DNA of 64,000 nucleotides from the NCBI RefSeq assembly GCF_044704955.1, contig NC_091991.1:115258001-115322000 (forward strand), written 5' to 3'. This DNA is from Pristiophorus japonicus (taxonomy: Eukaryota). Below the pieces are notes generated by a model. The model was not told the DNA's origin. It did not search any database and saw only the letters and a program-made list of their open reading frames with translations. Position 1 is the stretch's first letter. Every line of letters starts with the position of its first letter. The position numbers and the translations under genes were made by a program. Positions 11,470 through 24,337 of this stretch are shown piece by piece.

Positions 11470-14400
11470 AATTCTTGAGGCATTGGGACCGCTTCTGGGG
11501 GAGATGGGACCTGTACAAACAGCGCCGGGACCAATATCCTCATGGGGAGTTTTGCTAGTGCTGTTGGGGAGAGTTTAAACTAGCTTGGCAGAGGAATTCA
11601 AAAGGGAAGGAAGTAAAGCAGAAATTGGATAGCAAGAATCTAGAAAGAGAATCTGTAAGACAGAGGAAACAGGGCTTAGTATGTGGTAAGCAAGGAGGTC
11701 TTCCTGTGCTGAATGGTATATACTTTAATGCAAAGGTATATAGCGAATAAGGCAGATGAGCTAAGAGCACAGGTAAACACTTGGGAGTATGACATTATAG
11801 CCATTGCAGAAACATGGCTGAAAGAGAGGCAGGTTTGGCAGATCAATATTCCTGGCTACAGGGTTTTTAGACAAGATAGAGAGAGGGGTAAAAAGGGTTG
11901 CGGTACTGATTAAATAAACTATTACAGCAGTGAGGAGGGATGATATGTTAGAGGGATCATCAAATGAGGCCATATGGGTCGAATTGAAAAATAAAAAAGG
12001 GGCGATCACACTGCTGGGCGTGTATTATAGACCGCCAAACAGTGGGAGGGAGATAGAGGAGCAAATACGTAGGCAAATTGCTGTGAAGTCTAAAAACCAT
12101 AGGATAGTAATAGTAGGCGATTTTAACTGTCCAAATATTGATTGGGACAAATTTAGCGTGAAGGGTATAAAGGGTGAGGAATTCTTGAAATGCATTCAAG
12201 AGAACCTTAATTCAGTCAGATTCAAGTTGGTTATGGATAAGGACAAGCCTGGAATAAAAGTTTCGAATTGGAGAAAAGCTAATTTTGCTAAGTTAAGGAG
12301 TGATTTGGCCATCATGGACTGGAAACAGCTACTTGTGGGTAAATCAGTGTCGGAACAGTGGGAGGCATTTAAGGAGGAGATCCGGAAGGCTCAAGCCAAA
12401 CATGTGCCCTTAAAGAAAAAGACTGGGAAAAATAATTCTAGAGCCCCCTAGATGTCTAGGGACTTACAAGGGAGGATTAAGAAAAAAAGGGACGCTTATG
12501 TCATATATCAATGGCTAAATACTATAGAATCTTTAGAGGAATATAAAAAGTTAAGAGGCAAAATTAAAAAGGATATTAGGAATGCTAAGAGCGAGCATGA
12601 GAAATTCTTGGCCAGTAAAATGAAGGAAAACCCTAAGATGTTCTATAAATATATTAAGAATAAGAGGATAACTAAAGAAAGGGTAGGGCCTATTGGAGAC
12701 CATTAGGGTAATCTTTGTGTGGAGGCGGAAGATGTTGCGAGGGTTCTTAACGAATACTTTGCATCTGTTTTCACAAAGGATGCAAACAGATCCTTTGTAT
12801 CTGGAGGAGGTGTGTGATATTCTGGATGAAATAAATATAGTGAGAGAGGAAATATTAAGGGGTTTAGCAGCTTTGAAAGTAGATAAGTCCCCAGGCCCGG
12901 ATGAAATGCATCCCAGGCTGTTGAGCGAAGTAAAAGAGGAAATAGCAGAGGCCTTGGCCATCATTTTCCAGTCCTCTTTGGATCTGGGCATGGTGCCGGA
13001 GGATTGGAGGACTGGTAATGTAGTACCCTTGTTTAAGAAGGGAGAAAGGAATAGGCCAAGTAATTGCAGGCCAGTCAGCCTAACCTCAGTGGTGGGAAAA
13101 TTATTGGAAAAAATCCTGAAAGACAGAATAAATCTGCATTTGGAAAGGCAAGGATTAATTAGGGACAGTCAGCATGGATTTGTTGAGGGAAGATCGTGTC
13201 TGACTAACCCGATTGAATTTTTTAGAGGAGGTAACCAAGAGGGTCGATGAGGGTAGAGCGTACGATGTTGTATATATACTTGAGCAAAGCTTTTGATAAG
13301 GGCCCACATGGTAAACCGGTCATGAAGGTTAAAGCCCATGGGATTCAAGGCAAAGTGTCAAGTTGGATCCAAAATTGGCTTGGAGGTAAGAAGCAAGGCT
13401 AATGATTGATGGATATTTTTGTGACTGGAAGGATGTTTCCAGTGGGGTTCCGCAGGGCTCAGTACTGGGACCCTTGCTTTTTGTGATATATATCAATGAT
13501 TTAGATTTGAATATAGGGATATGATTAAGAAGTTTGCAGACGACACTAAAATTGGCTGTGTGGTTGATAATGAACAGGAAAGTCATGGACTGCAGGAGAA
13601 TATCAATCTATTGGTCAGGTGGGCAGAACAGTGGCAATTGGAATTTAATTCGGAGAAGTGAGAGATAATGCATTTGGGGAGGGCTAATAAGGAAAGGATA
13701 TACATATTAAGCGGTAGGCCACTTAGAAGTGTAGATGAACAAAGGGACCTTGGAGTGCTTGTCCACAGATCCCTGAAAGTAGCAGACCAGGTGGATAAGG
13801 TGGTTAAGAAGGCATACGGAATGCTTGCCTTTATTGGCCGAGGCATAGGATACAAGAGTAGGGAGGTTATGCTTAAATTGTATAATACTCTGGTTAGGCC
13901 ACAGTTGGAATACTGCGGGCTGTTCTGGTTACCGTATTATAGGAAGGATGTGATTGCATTAGAGAGGGTGCAGAGAAGATTTACTAGGATGCTGCCTGGA
14001 ATGGAGAATCTTAACTATGAGGACAGATTGGATAGGCTGGGTTTGTTCTCATTGGAACAGAGGAGGCTGAGGGGAGACCTCATTGAGGTGTACAAAATAT
14101 TGAGGGGCTTGGATATAGTGGATAGCAAGGGCCTATTTCCCTTGGTGGAGGGGTCAATTACGAAGGGGCATAGTTTTAAGGTGTTTGGTGGAAGGTTCAG
14201 AGGGGATTTGAGGGGAAGCTTCTTCACGCTGAGGGTTGTGGGGGTCTGGAACTCACTGCCTGGAAGTGTAGTGGATGCAGGAAACCTCACATTTAAAAAG
14301 GTGCTTGTATGCGCAGTTGCAGGGTTATGGACCTAAAGCTGGTAAGTGGAATATGATTGGATAACCTCTTGTTGGCTGGTGCAGATATGACAGTAAGTAC

Positions 14401-14760
14401 TTCAGGGAATCAAATACGCCCAGGGTGGTCTCCTGGACTAGTTTTGATTGCCTGGATGGGTAGGAGACGAATTTTCCAAGATTTTTTTCCCCAATTAATC
14501 TGGTTTTTGCCTCTCCCAGGAGATCACATGGCTCCAGTTGAGGTGGAGTGTAGAATGTTTCGTTGCAAGGGGTGTCGCAGTTGTGTGGGGCGGACTGGTT
14601 GGGCCGGATGCTCTTTACCTTTCCGCCATTGTTCATTGTTCATAGGTTTATACGTAACCTTCAGGGCTGCTGACCAAGGGACGTGTGGCTCTTTGTCGGC
14701 CGGCACGGACACAATGGGCCAAAATGGCCTCCTTCTGCGCTGTAGATTTCTATGTTTCTA
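11470..14760 (+). mobile_element. CR1 LINE, 5'-truncated within ORF1, ORF2 (APE+RT) frameshifted, long 3' UTR
   Basis: APE motifs (IAETWL, GVYYRPP, VGDFN), RT motifs (KSPGPD, SQHGF, GVPQGSVLGP, KFADDTK), (tttctatg)n tail. Confidence 0.92.
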
Positions 14761-14764
14761 TATC

Positions 14765-15400
14765 TGCTTTTGGTAGGTGACCGCTTCACTATATGCCCGG
14801 AGGAATGAAAGTTCCCCATGACCGCCCAGGCAATGCATGACAGGGCTGTGGGCTTCTCCAGGATTGCTGGCTTCCCAAAGATACAGGCTGCATTGATTGT
14901 ACCCACATCGCCTTGCGAGCACCTTTGGAGAATTCCGAGATGTACAGGAACATAAAATGCTTCCATTCTGTGAAAGTGCAGTTTGTGTGTGACGACATGC
15001 ATCGCATCATGTCAGTCGATGCAAGATACCCTGGCAGCACCCATGATGCATTCATCGTATGCGAGAGCGTTATATCTGCCATGTTTCAGCAGCAACTAGA
15101 AGGACAAAGCTGGCTACTGGGAGACAAAGGGTACAGCCTCGCCATCTGGCTCATGACGCCCCTACGCGTAAGCCGGACAGAAGCTGACCGGGAATACAAC
15201 ATGTCGCACATTGCGACAAGCAGCATAATAGAGAGGACCATTGGTATCTTGAAGCAGCATTTAACCATTCCGGAGGCTACTTGTAATACTCCCGAGATTG
15301 TCTGTCAGTTCACTGTTGTCTGCTGCATGCTGCACAACTTAGCCATCATGAGGCAGCAGCAGCTGGTAGTAGAAGAGCCACCTGAGGTGAGAGTGGCTGA
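14765..15400 (+). pseudogene. Harbinger (HARBI1-like) DDE transposase, catalytic portion
   Basis: GFSRIAGFPK..IDCTHIALRAP...YRNIKCFHS...ARYPGSTHDAF...WLLGDKGY...IIERTIGILK...CCMLHN; frameshifted. Confidence 0.9.
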
Positions 15401-18400
15401 ACAGATAGGATTCTTGTAGTTTTAAGCAGAGACAAACAAGCAAGCTAGCTTAGTTAATTGGCCAGCTAGTAAAAACTGGTTCCCTAAACAGGCCAGTGGT
15501 AAGTCAGCTAGAAACAGTATAAAAAGAGAGGGCTTTGTGCAGACCTTCATGGAGTGCAACAAGAGCTCAGAGTGCAAAGGTAAGAGTTTGGGAAGTGGGA
15601 GAGTTCGGGCAAGTTGGAGCGGGAGGTGTTGCTTTGTCTTGTTTTCCCCACCAGTGCTGACTCCCTGACCTGGAAGGAAAAGAACACGAAGTGTGATGTC
15701 ACAGCCAAGAGGGTAAGTGATTGGCTGGTTGATTGGTGAGTAGTTTTTCTTCTTTTCTTTTTTCCTTATCTTGTCAGTAAGAACCCTTTTGGCATTGTTT
15801 CCAAATTAGGTTATTTTAAGGGTTAAGTCATGACAGGAGAGCCCAGACCCGTGTCATGTTCCTCCTGTGCCATGTGGGACATCAGGGACGTTTCCAGTGT
15901 CCCTGATGACTGTACAGGAAGCGTATCCAGCTGCAGCTCCTGTTAGACCACATGATGGCACTGGAGCTGCGGATGGATTCACTCTGGAACATGTGCGATG
16001 CTGAGGATGTCGTGCATAGCACGTTCAGTGAGTTGGTCGCACCGCAGTAAAGGTTACAAAGGCAGATAGGGAACGGGTGGCCATCAGGCAGAGCAGGAGT
16101 AGGAAGGCAGTGCAGGAGTCGCCTGCGGTCATCTCCCTCCAAAACAGATATACCGCTTTGGATATTGTTGGGGAAGATGGCTCACCAGGGGAAGGCAGCA
16201 GCAGCCAAGTTCATGGCACTGTGGGTGGCTCTGCTGCACAGGAGGACAGGAAAAAGAGTGGGAGAGCTAAAGTGGTAGGGGATTCTATTGCAAGGGGGAT
16301 AGATAAGCGTTTCTGCGATCGCAACCGAGACTCTAGGATGGTATGTTGCCTCCCTGGTGCAAGGGTCAAGGATGTCTCGGAGCGGTTGCAGGGCATTCTG
16401 GAAGGGGAGGATGATCAGCCAGTTGTCGTGGTGCATATAGGTACCGACGATATAGGTAAAAAGTGGGATGAGGTCCTACAAGCTGAATTTAGGGAGCTAG
16501 GAGTTAAATTTAAAAAGTAGGACCTCAAAAGGTAGTAATCTCAGGATTTCTACCAGTGCCACGTGCTAGTCAGAGTAGGAATAGCAGGATAGCCAAGATG
16601 AATACGTGGCTTGAGGAGTGCAAAAGGGAGGGATTCAAATTCCTGGGACATTGGAACCGGTTCTGGGGGAGGTGGGACCAGTACAAACCGGACGGTCTGC
16701 ACCCGGGCAGGACCGGAACCAATGTCCTTGGGGGAGTGGTTTGCTATGCTGTTGGGGAGGGGTTAAACTAATATGGCAGGGGGATGGGAACTTATGCAGG
16801 GAGACAGAGGGAAATAAAATGGGGGCAGAAGCAAAAGATAGAAAGGAGAATAGTAAAAGTGGAGGGCAGAGAAACCCAAGGCACAAATCAAAAAGGGCCA
16901 CATTACAGCAAAATTCTAAAGGGGCAAAGTGTGTTTAAAAAGACAAGCCTGAAGGCTCTGTGCCTCAATGCGAGGAGTATTCGTAATAAGGTAGATGAAT
17001 TAACTGCGCAGGCAGCTATGAATGATTATGATATAATTGGGATTACGGAGACATGGCTCCAGGGTGACCAAGGCTGGGAACTCAACATCCAGGGGTATTC
17101 AACATTCAGGAAACATAGACAGAAAGAAAAAGGAGGTGGGGTAGCATTGCTGGTTAAAGAGGAAATTAACGCAATAGTAAGGAAGGACATTAGCTTGGAT
17201 GATGTGGAATCTGTATGGGTAGAGCTGCGGAATACCAAAGGGCAGAAAACGTTAGTGGGGGTTGTGTACAGACCACCAAACAGTAGTAGTGAGGTTAGGG
17301 ATGGCATCAAACAAGAAATTAGGGATGCGTGCAATAAAGGTACAGCAGTTATCATGGGCAACTTTAATCTACATATAGATTGGGCTAACCAAGCTGGTAG
17401 CAATGTGGTGGAGGAGGATTTCCTGGAGTATATTAGGGATGGCTTTCTAGACCAATATGTTGAGGAACCAACTAGAGAGCTGGCCATCCTAGGCTGGCTG
17501 TTGTGTAATGAGAGAGGACTAATTAGCAATCTTATTGTGCGAGGCCCCCTGAGGAAGAGTGACCATAATATGGTAGAATTCTTTAAGATGGAGAGTGACA
17601 CAGTTAATTCAGAGACTAGAGTCCTGAACTTAAGGAAAGGCAACTTCGATGGTATGAGATATGAATTGGCTAGGATAGACTAGCAAATGATATTTAAAGG
17701 GTTGACAGTGGATAGGCACTGGCAGACATTTATAGATTAGATGGATGAACGTCAACAATTGTACATCCCTTTCTGGAGTAAAAATAAAAAAGGGAAGGTA
17801 GCTCAACTTGGCTAACAAGGGAAATTAGGGATAGTGTTAAATCCAAGGAAGAGGCATATAAATTGGCCAGAAAAAGCAGCAAACTTGAGGACTGGGAGAA
17901 ATGTAGAATTCAGCAGGAGGACAAAGGGTTTAATTAGGAGGGGGAAAATAAAGTATGAGAGGAAGCTTGCAGGGAACATAAAAACTGACTGCAAAAGCTT
18001 CTATAGATATGTGAAGAGAAAAAGATTAGTGAAAACAAACATAGGTCCCTTGCAGTCAGATTCAGGTGAATTTATAATGGGGAACAAAGAAATGGCGGAC
18101 CAGTTAAACAAATACTTTGGTTCTGCCTTCATGAAGGAAGACACAAATAACCTTCCGAGGGTCTAATGAGAAGGAGGAACTGAAGGAAATCCTTATTAGG
18201 TGGGAAATTGTGTTAGGGAAATTGATGGGATTGAAGGCCGATAAATCCCCAGGGCCTGATGAGTACTCTGGGATGCAGCCTAAGTGACCCTAGAAATAGT
18301 GGATGCATTGGTGATGATTTTCCAACATTCTATTGACCCGATCAGTTCCTATGGACTGGAGGGTAGCTAAAGTAACACCACTTTTTAAAAAGAGGGAGAG

Positions 18401-19780
18401 GGAAAACAGGGAATTATAGACAGGTTAGCCTGACATCGGTGGTGGAGTAAATGTTGGAATCAATTATTAAAGATGAAATAGCAGCGCATTTGGAAAGAAG
18501 AGATAGGATCAGTCCAAGTCAGCATGGATTTATGAAAGGGAAATCATCTTCTAGAATTTTTTCAGGATGTAATTAGTAGAGTGGATGTGGTGTATTTGGA
18601 CTTTCAAGAGGCTTTTGACAAGGTTCCACACAAGAGATTGGTGTGCAAAATTAAAGCACATGGTATTGGGGGTAATGTATTGACGTGGATAGAGAACTGG
18701 TTGGCAGACAGGAAGCAGAGAGTCGGAATAAATGGGTCCTTTTCAGAATGGCAGGCAGTGACCAGTGGGGTACCGCATGGTTCAGTGCTGGGACCCCAGC
18801 TATTTACAATATACATCAATGATTTAGATGAAGGAATTGAATGTAATATCTCCAAGTTTGCACATGACACTAAGCTGGGTGGCGGTGTGAGCTGTGAGGA
18901 GGATGCTTAAAGGCTGCAGGGTGATTTGGACAGGTTAGGTGAATGGGCAAATACATGGCAGATGCAGTATAATGTGGATAAATGTGAGGTTATCCACTTG
19001 GATGGCAAAAACAGGAAGACAAAATATTATCTGAATAGTGAGATTAGGAAAAGGGGAGGTGCAACGAGACCTGGGCGTCATGGTACATCAGTCATTGAAG
19101 TTTGGCATGCAGGTACAGCAGGCGGTGAAAGGCGGCGGCAAATGGCATGTTGGCCTTCATCGCTAGAGGATTTGAGTATAGGAGCAGGGAGGTCTTACTG
19201 CAGTTGTACAGAGCCTTGGTGAGGCCACATCTGGAATATTGTGTTCAGTTTTGGTCTCCTAATCTGAGGAAGGACGTTCTTGCTATTGAGGGAGTACAGC
19301 AAAGGTTCACCAGATTGATTCCCGGGATGGCAGGACTGACATATGAGGAGAGACTGGATCAACTGGGCTTGTATCCACTGGAGTTTAGAATGAGGGGATC
19401 TCATAGAAACATAAAATTCTGACTGGATTGGACAGGTTAGAGGCAGGAAGAATGTTCCCGTTGCTGGGGGGTTCCAGAATCAGGGGTCACAGTCTAAGAA
19501 TAAGGGGTAAGCCATTTAGGGCCAAGATGAGGAGAAACTTCTTCACTCAGAGTGGTTAACCTGTGGAATTCTCTACCGCAGAAAGTTACTGGGGCCAGTT
19601 CATTAGATATATTCAAAAGGGAGTTAGATATGACACTTACGGCCAAAGGGTTCAAGGGGTATGGAGAGAAAGCAGGAAAGGGATACTGAGGTTGAATGAT
19701 CAGCCATGATCTTATTGAATGGCGGTGCAGGCTCGAAGGGCCGAATGGCCTGCTCCTGAACCAAATTTCTATGTTTCTAT
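15401..19780 (+). mobile_element. Near full-length CR1 LINE (~4.4 kb): 5' UTR, ORF1 (zinc finger + SGNH esterase, ATG ~15830) and ORF2 (APE-RT), both disrupted
   Basis: ORF1 MTGEPRPVSCSSCAMW...VVGDSIARG...CCLPGARVKD...VHIGTDD...DGLHP; ORF2 CLNARSIRNK...GITETWL...[13 protein letters not shown]; tail tttctatgtttcta. Confidence 0.93.
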
Positions 19781-19934
19781 GATGAGGAGGAAGATGCAGG
19801 GGCAGGAGGACGAGGAAGCCATGCAACTACCTGAACCTAGAGCACGACGACGAACGAGGGCGGGCCATCGTGCCCCTTTAATGACTGCTCGAGCCTTGCG
19901 CCAGCAGCTCATCCGTGAATGCTTTGCTGCCTGA
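19781..19934 (+). pseudogene. Harbinger transposase C-terminus resuming after the CR1 insertion
   Basis: Acidic stretch then ...ARALRQQLIRECFAA*, a typical HARBI1-like ending; joins ...EVRVA at 15400. Confidence 0.75.
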
Positions 19935-20299
19935 AGGCTCAGTGGCAACTATTCCAAATGGACCATGTTTCGTAATGTTGTGATATGTTAATGGAACAAA
20001 TAATGGAAATGATTCTTCTTTAGTTTAAAAAGTTGTTAATAATGCAATAATATAAATGATTCAGTTATAATTTAAAATATATTTTATTCAAAAGTTTAAC
20101 ACTTATTTGTACTTAAATAAAAATATTCTTGTATTAAACTTAAAGTTTGTTCGTGAACTTAACTGAAAACTTTAAAGATCACTTTACAAACTTTTAAACT
20201 TGTAAATTTATATCACTTACAAAAAACTTTCAATTTGAGAACAGTTACAATAATAACAGCAGCAAAGAAAGGCTGCACCCATTTCTTCTCCGCCTTATT

Positions 20300-21775
20300 C
20301 TAAGACCGCCCGCTGTGCTTGGTCTTGGTGACTCCACCCCTGCCCGCAGACGGTGGCGCAGCATTTCTCAGGTTGGTACCAAGCTTCTTCTTTCGAGCAT
20401 CTCGGGTAATGCGCACTTGATGGGGGGGCGTGGGCAGGTGTAATGTGCAACACCTGGCTTGGGCCTCTTCAGAGGCTGGTCTGGGGATTGGAGTGGGAGT
20501 GGTAGTTGATTCCGTCAATGGCCGCGGGGTCTGGGCGTGTTCCCTTATTGCAGCAGATACATCTGACATTCCCTCCCTCATGTGCCCCGACAGTGTTCCC
20601 ATTTCTCGAGAGTGTTGTTCTCCCGATACCTCATCACCCACCCCACTGACGGTGTCCAGGAGTGATCGCACAAGATCAATGCTCTCCACACTCATTGCCA
20701 TCAGCTGAACCACATCTGTTGCACCCTGCACCTCAGGAGAGCGCTGTAGAGCTCTCCTTCCCCCTCCTCACCCTGGGTGTGGCTTGCTGCACCCCACTGT
20801 GACCCACAGCCTCTGACTGTGTGAAACCATGGAATGTCCCAGCACTCCTACCACTCGGAAAAAGGGGCTGGCACCAACACCTCCTCCAGAATTAGTACAA
20901 CAGTGGGGGCTTCTTCCTCCCCCTCCCCCACATGCTCTTGGTCTGGAAGGTGGAATTGGAAGATGTTCTCCTCTTCAGACTCCTCCACGTCGGAATCTCT
21001 TCTCATTGGCTTCAGCCTAGTCAAGGTTGGCCTCAAGTTCTGCAAAATATAACAGAACAGACAAATGGTTAGCAGCAGAGGAGGGGGCATGGTTACATGA
21101 GTAGGCTCACACAGCGCAGGCAGCAGGCTGATTTGAAGGACCACGATGAATGATAGCATCAACCGAAGCGTAGCTGACGGAGACATCGCCATGAACCGAA
21201 GCATAGCTAGCCCGCGCAGTACTTAACTTTTAGCAAAGCCAAATGTGGAATTTGCAGGACTTAACCCTCTCCCTCGAGCGTGGGCCCAGCGTGTACAGTG
21301 GTGGTTGCTTTTCTCCAGGCAGGACCCATCAAAGCAGCGATCCTCTCTTCCAAGAGAGTCAGTGGGTGCAGATTTGCCGGGCCCCCTCCTGTTCGAGTTC
21401 GCTCTCTTTTGTTGTGTGCCACCTTCCTCTGCTAAGATGAAAATATAACTTTTTAAGAGAGGGTGTCTTTCTGCTGGGTGGGGCAAACAGATGGTCACAT
21501 TTACAATTGCAATTCCAGTGAATAAATGAAAATATTACTTACACTAACTACTTGACCAAGATTCTGCCACTTCTTTTTGCACTGGCCTCCAGACCTCAGG
21601 GTGGTCACCATTGCACAGTAATCTTCTGCAAGTTGATTCCAGCGTTTCTTCATTTCTTTTGGTGAAACATTTGTGACCACTGCTGGTGTCCAGCTCGTAC
21701 CATCTGGCCTCAATTACAGTAACCAGTGCCTCCACTTCCTCTTGAGAAATTCTTGGTTCTTGAGCCGTGTTGCAT
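20300..21775 (-). pseudogene. Harbinger Myb/SANT-like DNA-binding gene, three exons (~21543-21775, ~21266-21428, ~20300-21041), frameshifted
   Basis: NFS.EEVEALV...KKRWNQLAE...RSGGQCKKKWQNL | RKVAHNKRERTRTGGGP..LTLLEERI | acidic and Pro-rich tail; GTAAG donor and CAG acceptors. Confidence 0.8.
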
Positions 21776-22231
21776 ATTGCAGCGCTGATTTTTTTTCCAC
21801 TGAGAACTAAAGTTCTCGCACACAACTGGTCTTTAAAAGTGGCCGAATGCAGACCAGGTGGTGTACTGGGCATGCACGCCCATAGCAGTCAGTAAAAAAA
21901 CATAACTTTTTTCCGCGCATGCGCAGAAGGGGAGGCATCATTTTTTCGGCGCAGACATTAGGCTCCGCCCCCCCAAGGCTAAAGGGCAGGCTGCCCGCCG
22001 CCAATTAAAAAAATTAGAATGGGGAAACTTTAAAGTTATTTTTTTTTGAAGTTGTCAGGGCCAAAAAATACAGACGTAACTCTTGAAATACGGCAAAAAG
22101 TAGCATGGGGAAAATTGAGCCCTTTATCTAAAGCAACTTCCAGCATTCATTTCCAAATCATCCACAGATTGCGCAGTTAAACATTACCAGTAACTTAAAT
22201 GCATTCCCTATCTGAAAATGGAAACATGCAT

Positions 22232-22693
22232 ATGAAAGAAAAACTTCCTTTATATAGCGCCGTTCACAATCCCAGAACGTCCCAAAGCACTTTGCAGCCA
22301 ATGAAGTACTTTTGGAGCGTAGTCACTGTTGTAATGCAGGAAATGCGGCAGCCAATTTCACACAGCAAGCTCCCACAAACAGCAATGTGATAATGACCAG
22401 ATAAGGTTTTTGTTATTTGATTGTGAAATAAACATTGGCCTGGACACCAGGGATAGCTCCCTTGCTCTTCTTCGAAATAGTGCCATGTGATCTTTTACAT
22501 CCACCTGTGTAGGAAAACGGGACCACAGCTTAAGTCTCATCCGAAAGACGGCACCTCTGACATTGCAACACTCCCTCCGTACTGCACTGGAGTGACAGCC
22601 TAGATTTTTGTGCTCAAGTCTCTGGAGTGGGGCTTGAACCCACAACCTTCTGACTCAGAGGCGAGAGAGCTACACACTGAGCCACTGGCTGAC
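22232..22693 (-). mobile_element. Full-length DeuSINE (SacSINE1-like)
   Basis: Colinear with 9258-9726, including the A and B boxes. Confidence 0.85.
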
Positions 22694-23689
22694 ACTATAC
22701 AAGGGAACTGACAGAACAAAACATACCGATATAATCCCCTCGCATTTGCCATCCAGCAATCCCTAGTCAATGGGCATTCATACTGATACAGCAGTGATAC
22801 CTGATTAAACACGGTTGTAGTCATTTGGTTTTATTCCTCGTCTGTGTTGAGTTGACTGATCTCAGTCAGGCTTCAACAGCCCCAAATAAGGGAGGGAAAA
22901 AGAAAAATCAGCATGGGCATTGGCCTGGGACAGAATCAGGCTCAACGGTGATTACACACCATGATCAATAAGCCACCTGACAGTCTCTAGACTCAAAGAA
23001 TAATCAGTGAGAGTCTTATGGAACCGTATAAGGAGAGGAGGGAGAAAATTGGGGAAAAGTTCATGCAGAATGAGGACTGACAACATCAACATCCACCCTA
23101 GAGGGGTAATTGGTGAGTAAAGAGCTTCACGAGCAACTCCAAATGTTTAGATTTACTAAATACTTCACTTTACAGGATAGAGAGGGACGATTTCAAGGCT
23201 CCCTCGCACCACAGAACCACGGCACTGTTATAGACACCGTGGAGCAGCTCCAAATGGGAGCGATGCCTCCGCACCCTGCCAGCACAGACTACCCCTGGCC
23301 ATCATCTGCAGCTCCCCCCACACTTCCCACCACCCTCAATTGGCATCCAAGGTAGTTGCAGCTCCAGGTGCCGATCCTCTTATGTCTGTAGCTTATGTTA
23401 GCAGAGTAAGTTTCCTGGTGCAAAGATTCTCTAAACAGTTCCTTTCTGCAGGGATGGCTAGAATTGCTCCCCTTCGTACGATTATTCTCCTTTAGGCATT
23501 CAGTCGGTTGATGTCGCATCATCATGTCCACTTCCAACACGTGTGCAAACACTAAACACAACGGTCATCTCCCATCGAATACAGGGTACAACAAGCCCAA
23601 GAGAGCAGTAGCTTTCAACGCTGCTCGATGTTGGTTACCCTGTCTTTCATTTGTTGATAGCAGTGTCTTAGGATTGGCTGTACTGTAAG

Positions 23690-23866
23690 TATATTTAAGA
23701 CTGAGATCGATAGATTTTTGGACACTTGATTTTTGGAATCAAGGGATATGTGAATCGGGCGGGAAAGTGGAGCTGAGGTCGAAGATCAGCCATGATCTTA
23801 TTGAATGGTGGTGCAGGCTCGAGGGGCCGCATGGCCTACTCCTGCTCCTATTTCTTATGTTTTTAT
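23690..23866 (+). mobile_element. CR1 3' end fragment
   Basis: ...gatcagccatgatcttattgaatggtggtgcaggctcgagggg...tttcttatg tail. Confidence 0.75.
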
Positions 23867-24161
23867 GATCTATTACTGTACTGACACTGTACTGCAGGGC
23901 AACACTCCCCCTGCCCAACTTCATCAGTCACAGTCTCCAGAACGGTGCAGGGCTTAGAACAAGGAGGGACAAAATAAACCAAAAATGGGAAAGGAAGAGG
24001 AGAAAGAAAGCACAGGGAGTTATGAGATTACCACCCAAGTTTCACGTTACACCATTGATACGAAAAACCACCCGGAATAGTTAAAACTTTTTGTGTTATC
24101 TACAATAATTGAGAGTCAGGATCTCCTAAAGTATTACAAACACTGACATACATGCTCATAC

Positions 24162-24337
24162 CTTCATAAGCTCTTGACTTGTTCCATCAAGACCAATACT
24201 GTGCTGCGATAGGAAAAGTTCCTCAGTTACAACCACCAGGATTTCCTTCCCCTCAATGTACATGAGCTTCCTGATTGGCCCATCAGTGTGGAGGACCTGC
24301 AAGCTCTTCCCCTTTTCACCAACGTAGTACACAATTC
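24162..24337 (-). CDS. IFT140: IFT140 coding exon 5 (176 nt)
   Basis: (G)IVYYVGEKGKSLQVLHTDGPIRKLMYIEGKEILVVVTEELFLSQHSIGLDGTSQELMK; TAG/GTATG junctions; not present in the ORF track. Confidence 0.93.

Larger units (their letters stand above)
11298..22122. mobile_element. PIF/Harbinger DNA transposon (decayed) with two nested CR1 insertions
   Basis: TIRs GGACTCAATTTTCCC (11298) and GGGAAAATTGAGCCC (ending 22122), both flanked by TTT (3-bp TSD); encloses a DDE transposase and a Myb/SANT gene. Confidence 0.85.

Noticed and set aside
14913-15419. Domesticated HARBI1 host gene
   Set aside because: Frameshifted, split by a CR1 and enclosed by TIRs, so it is a transposon relic.
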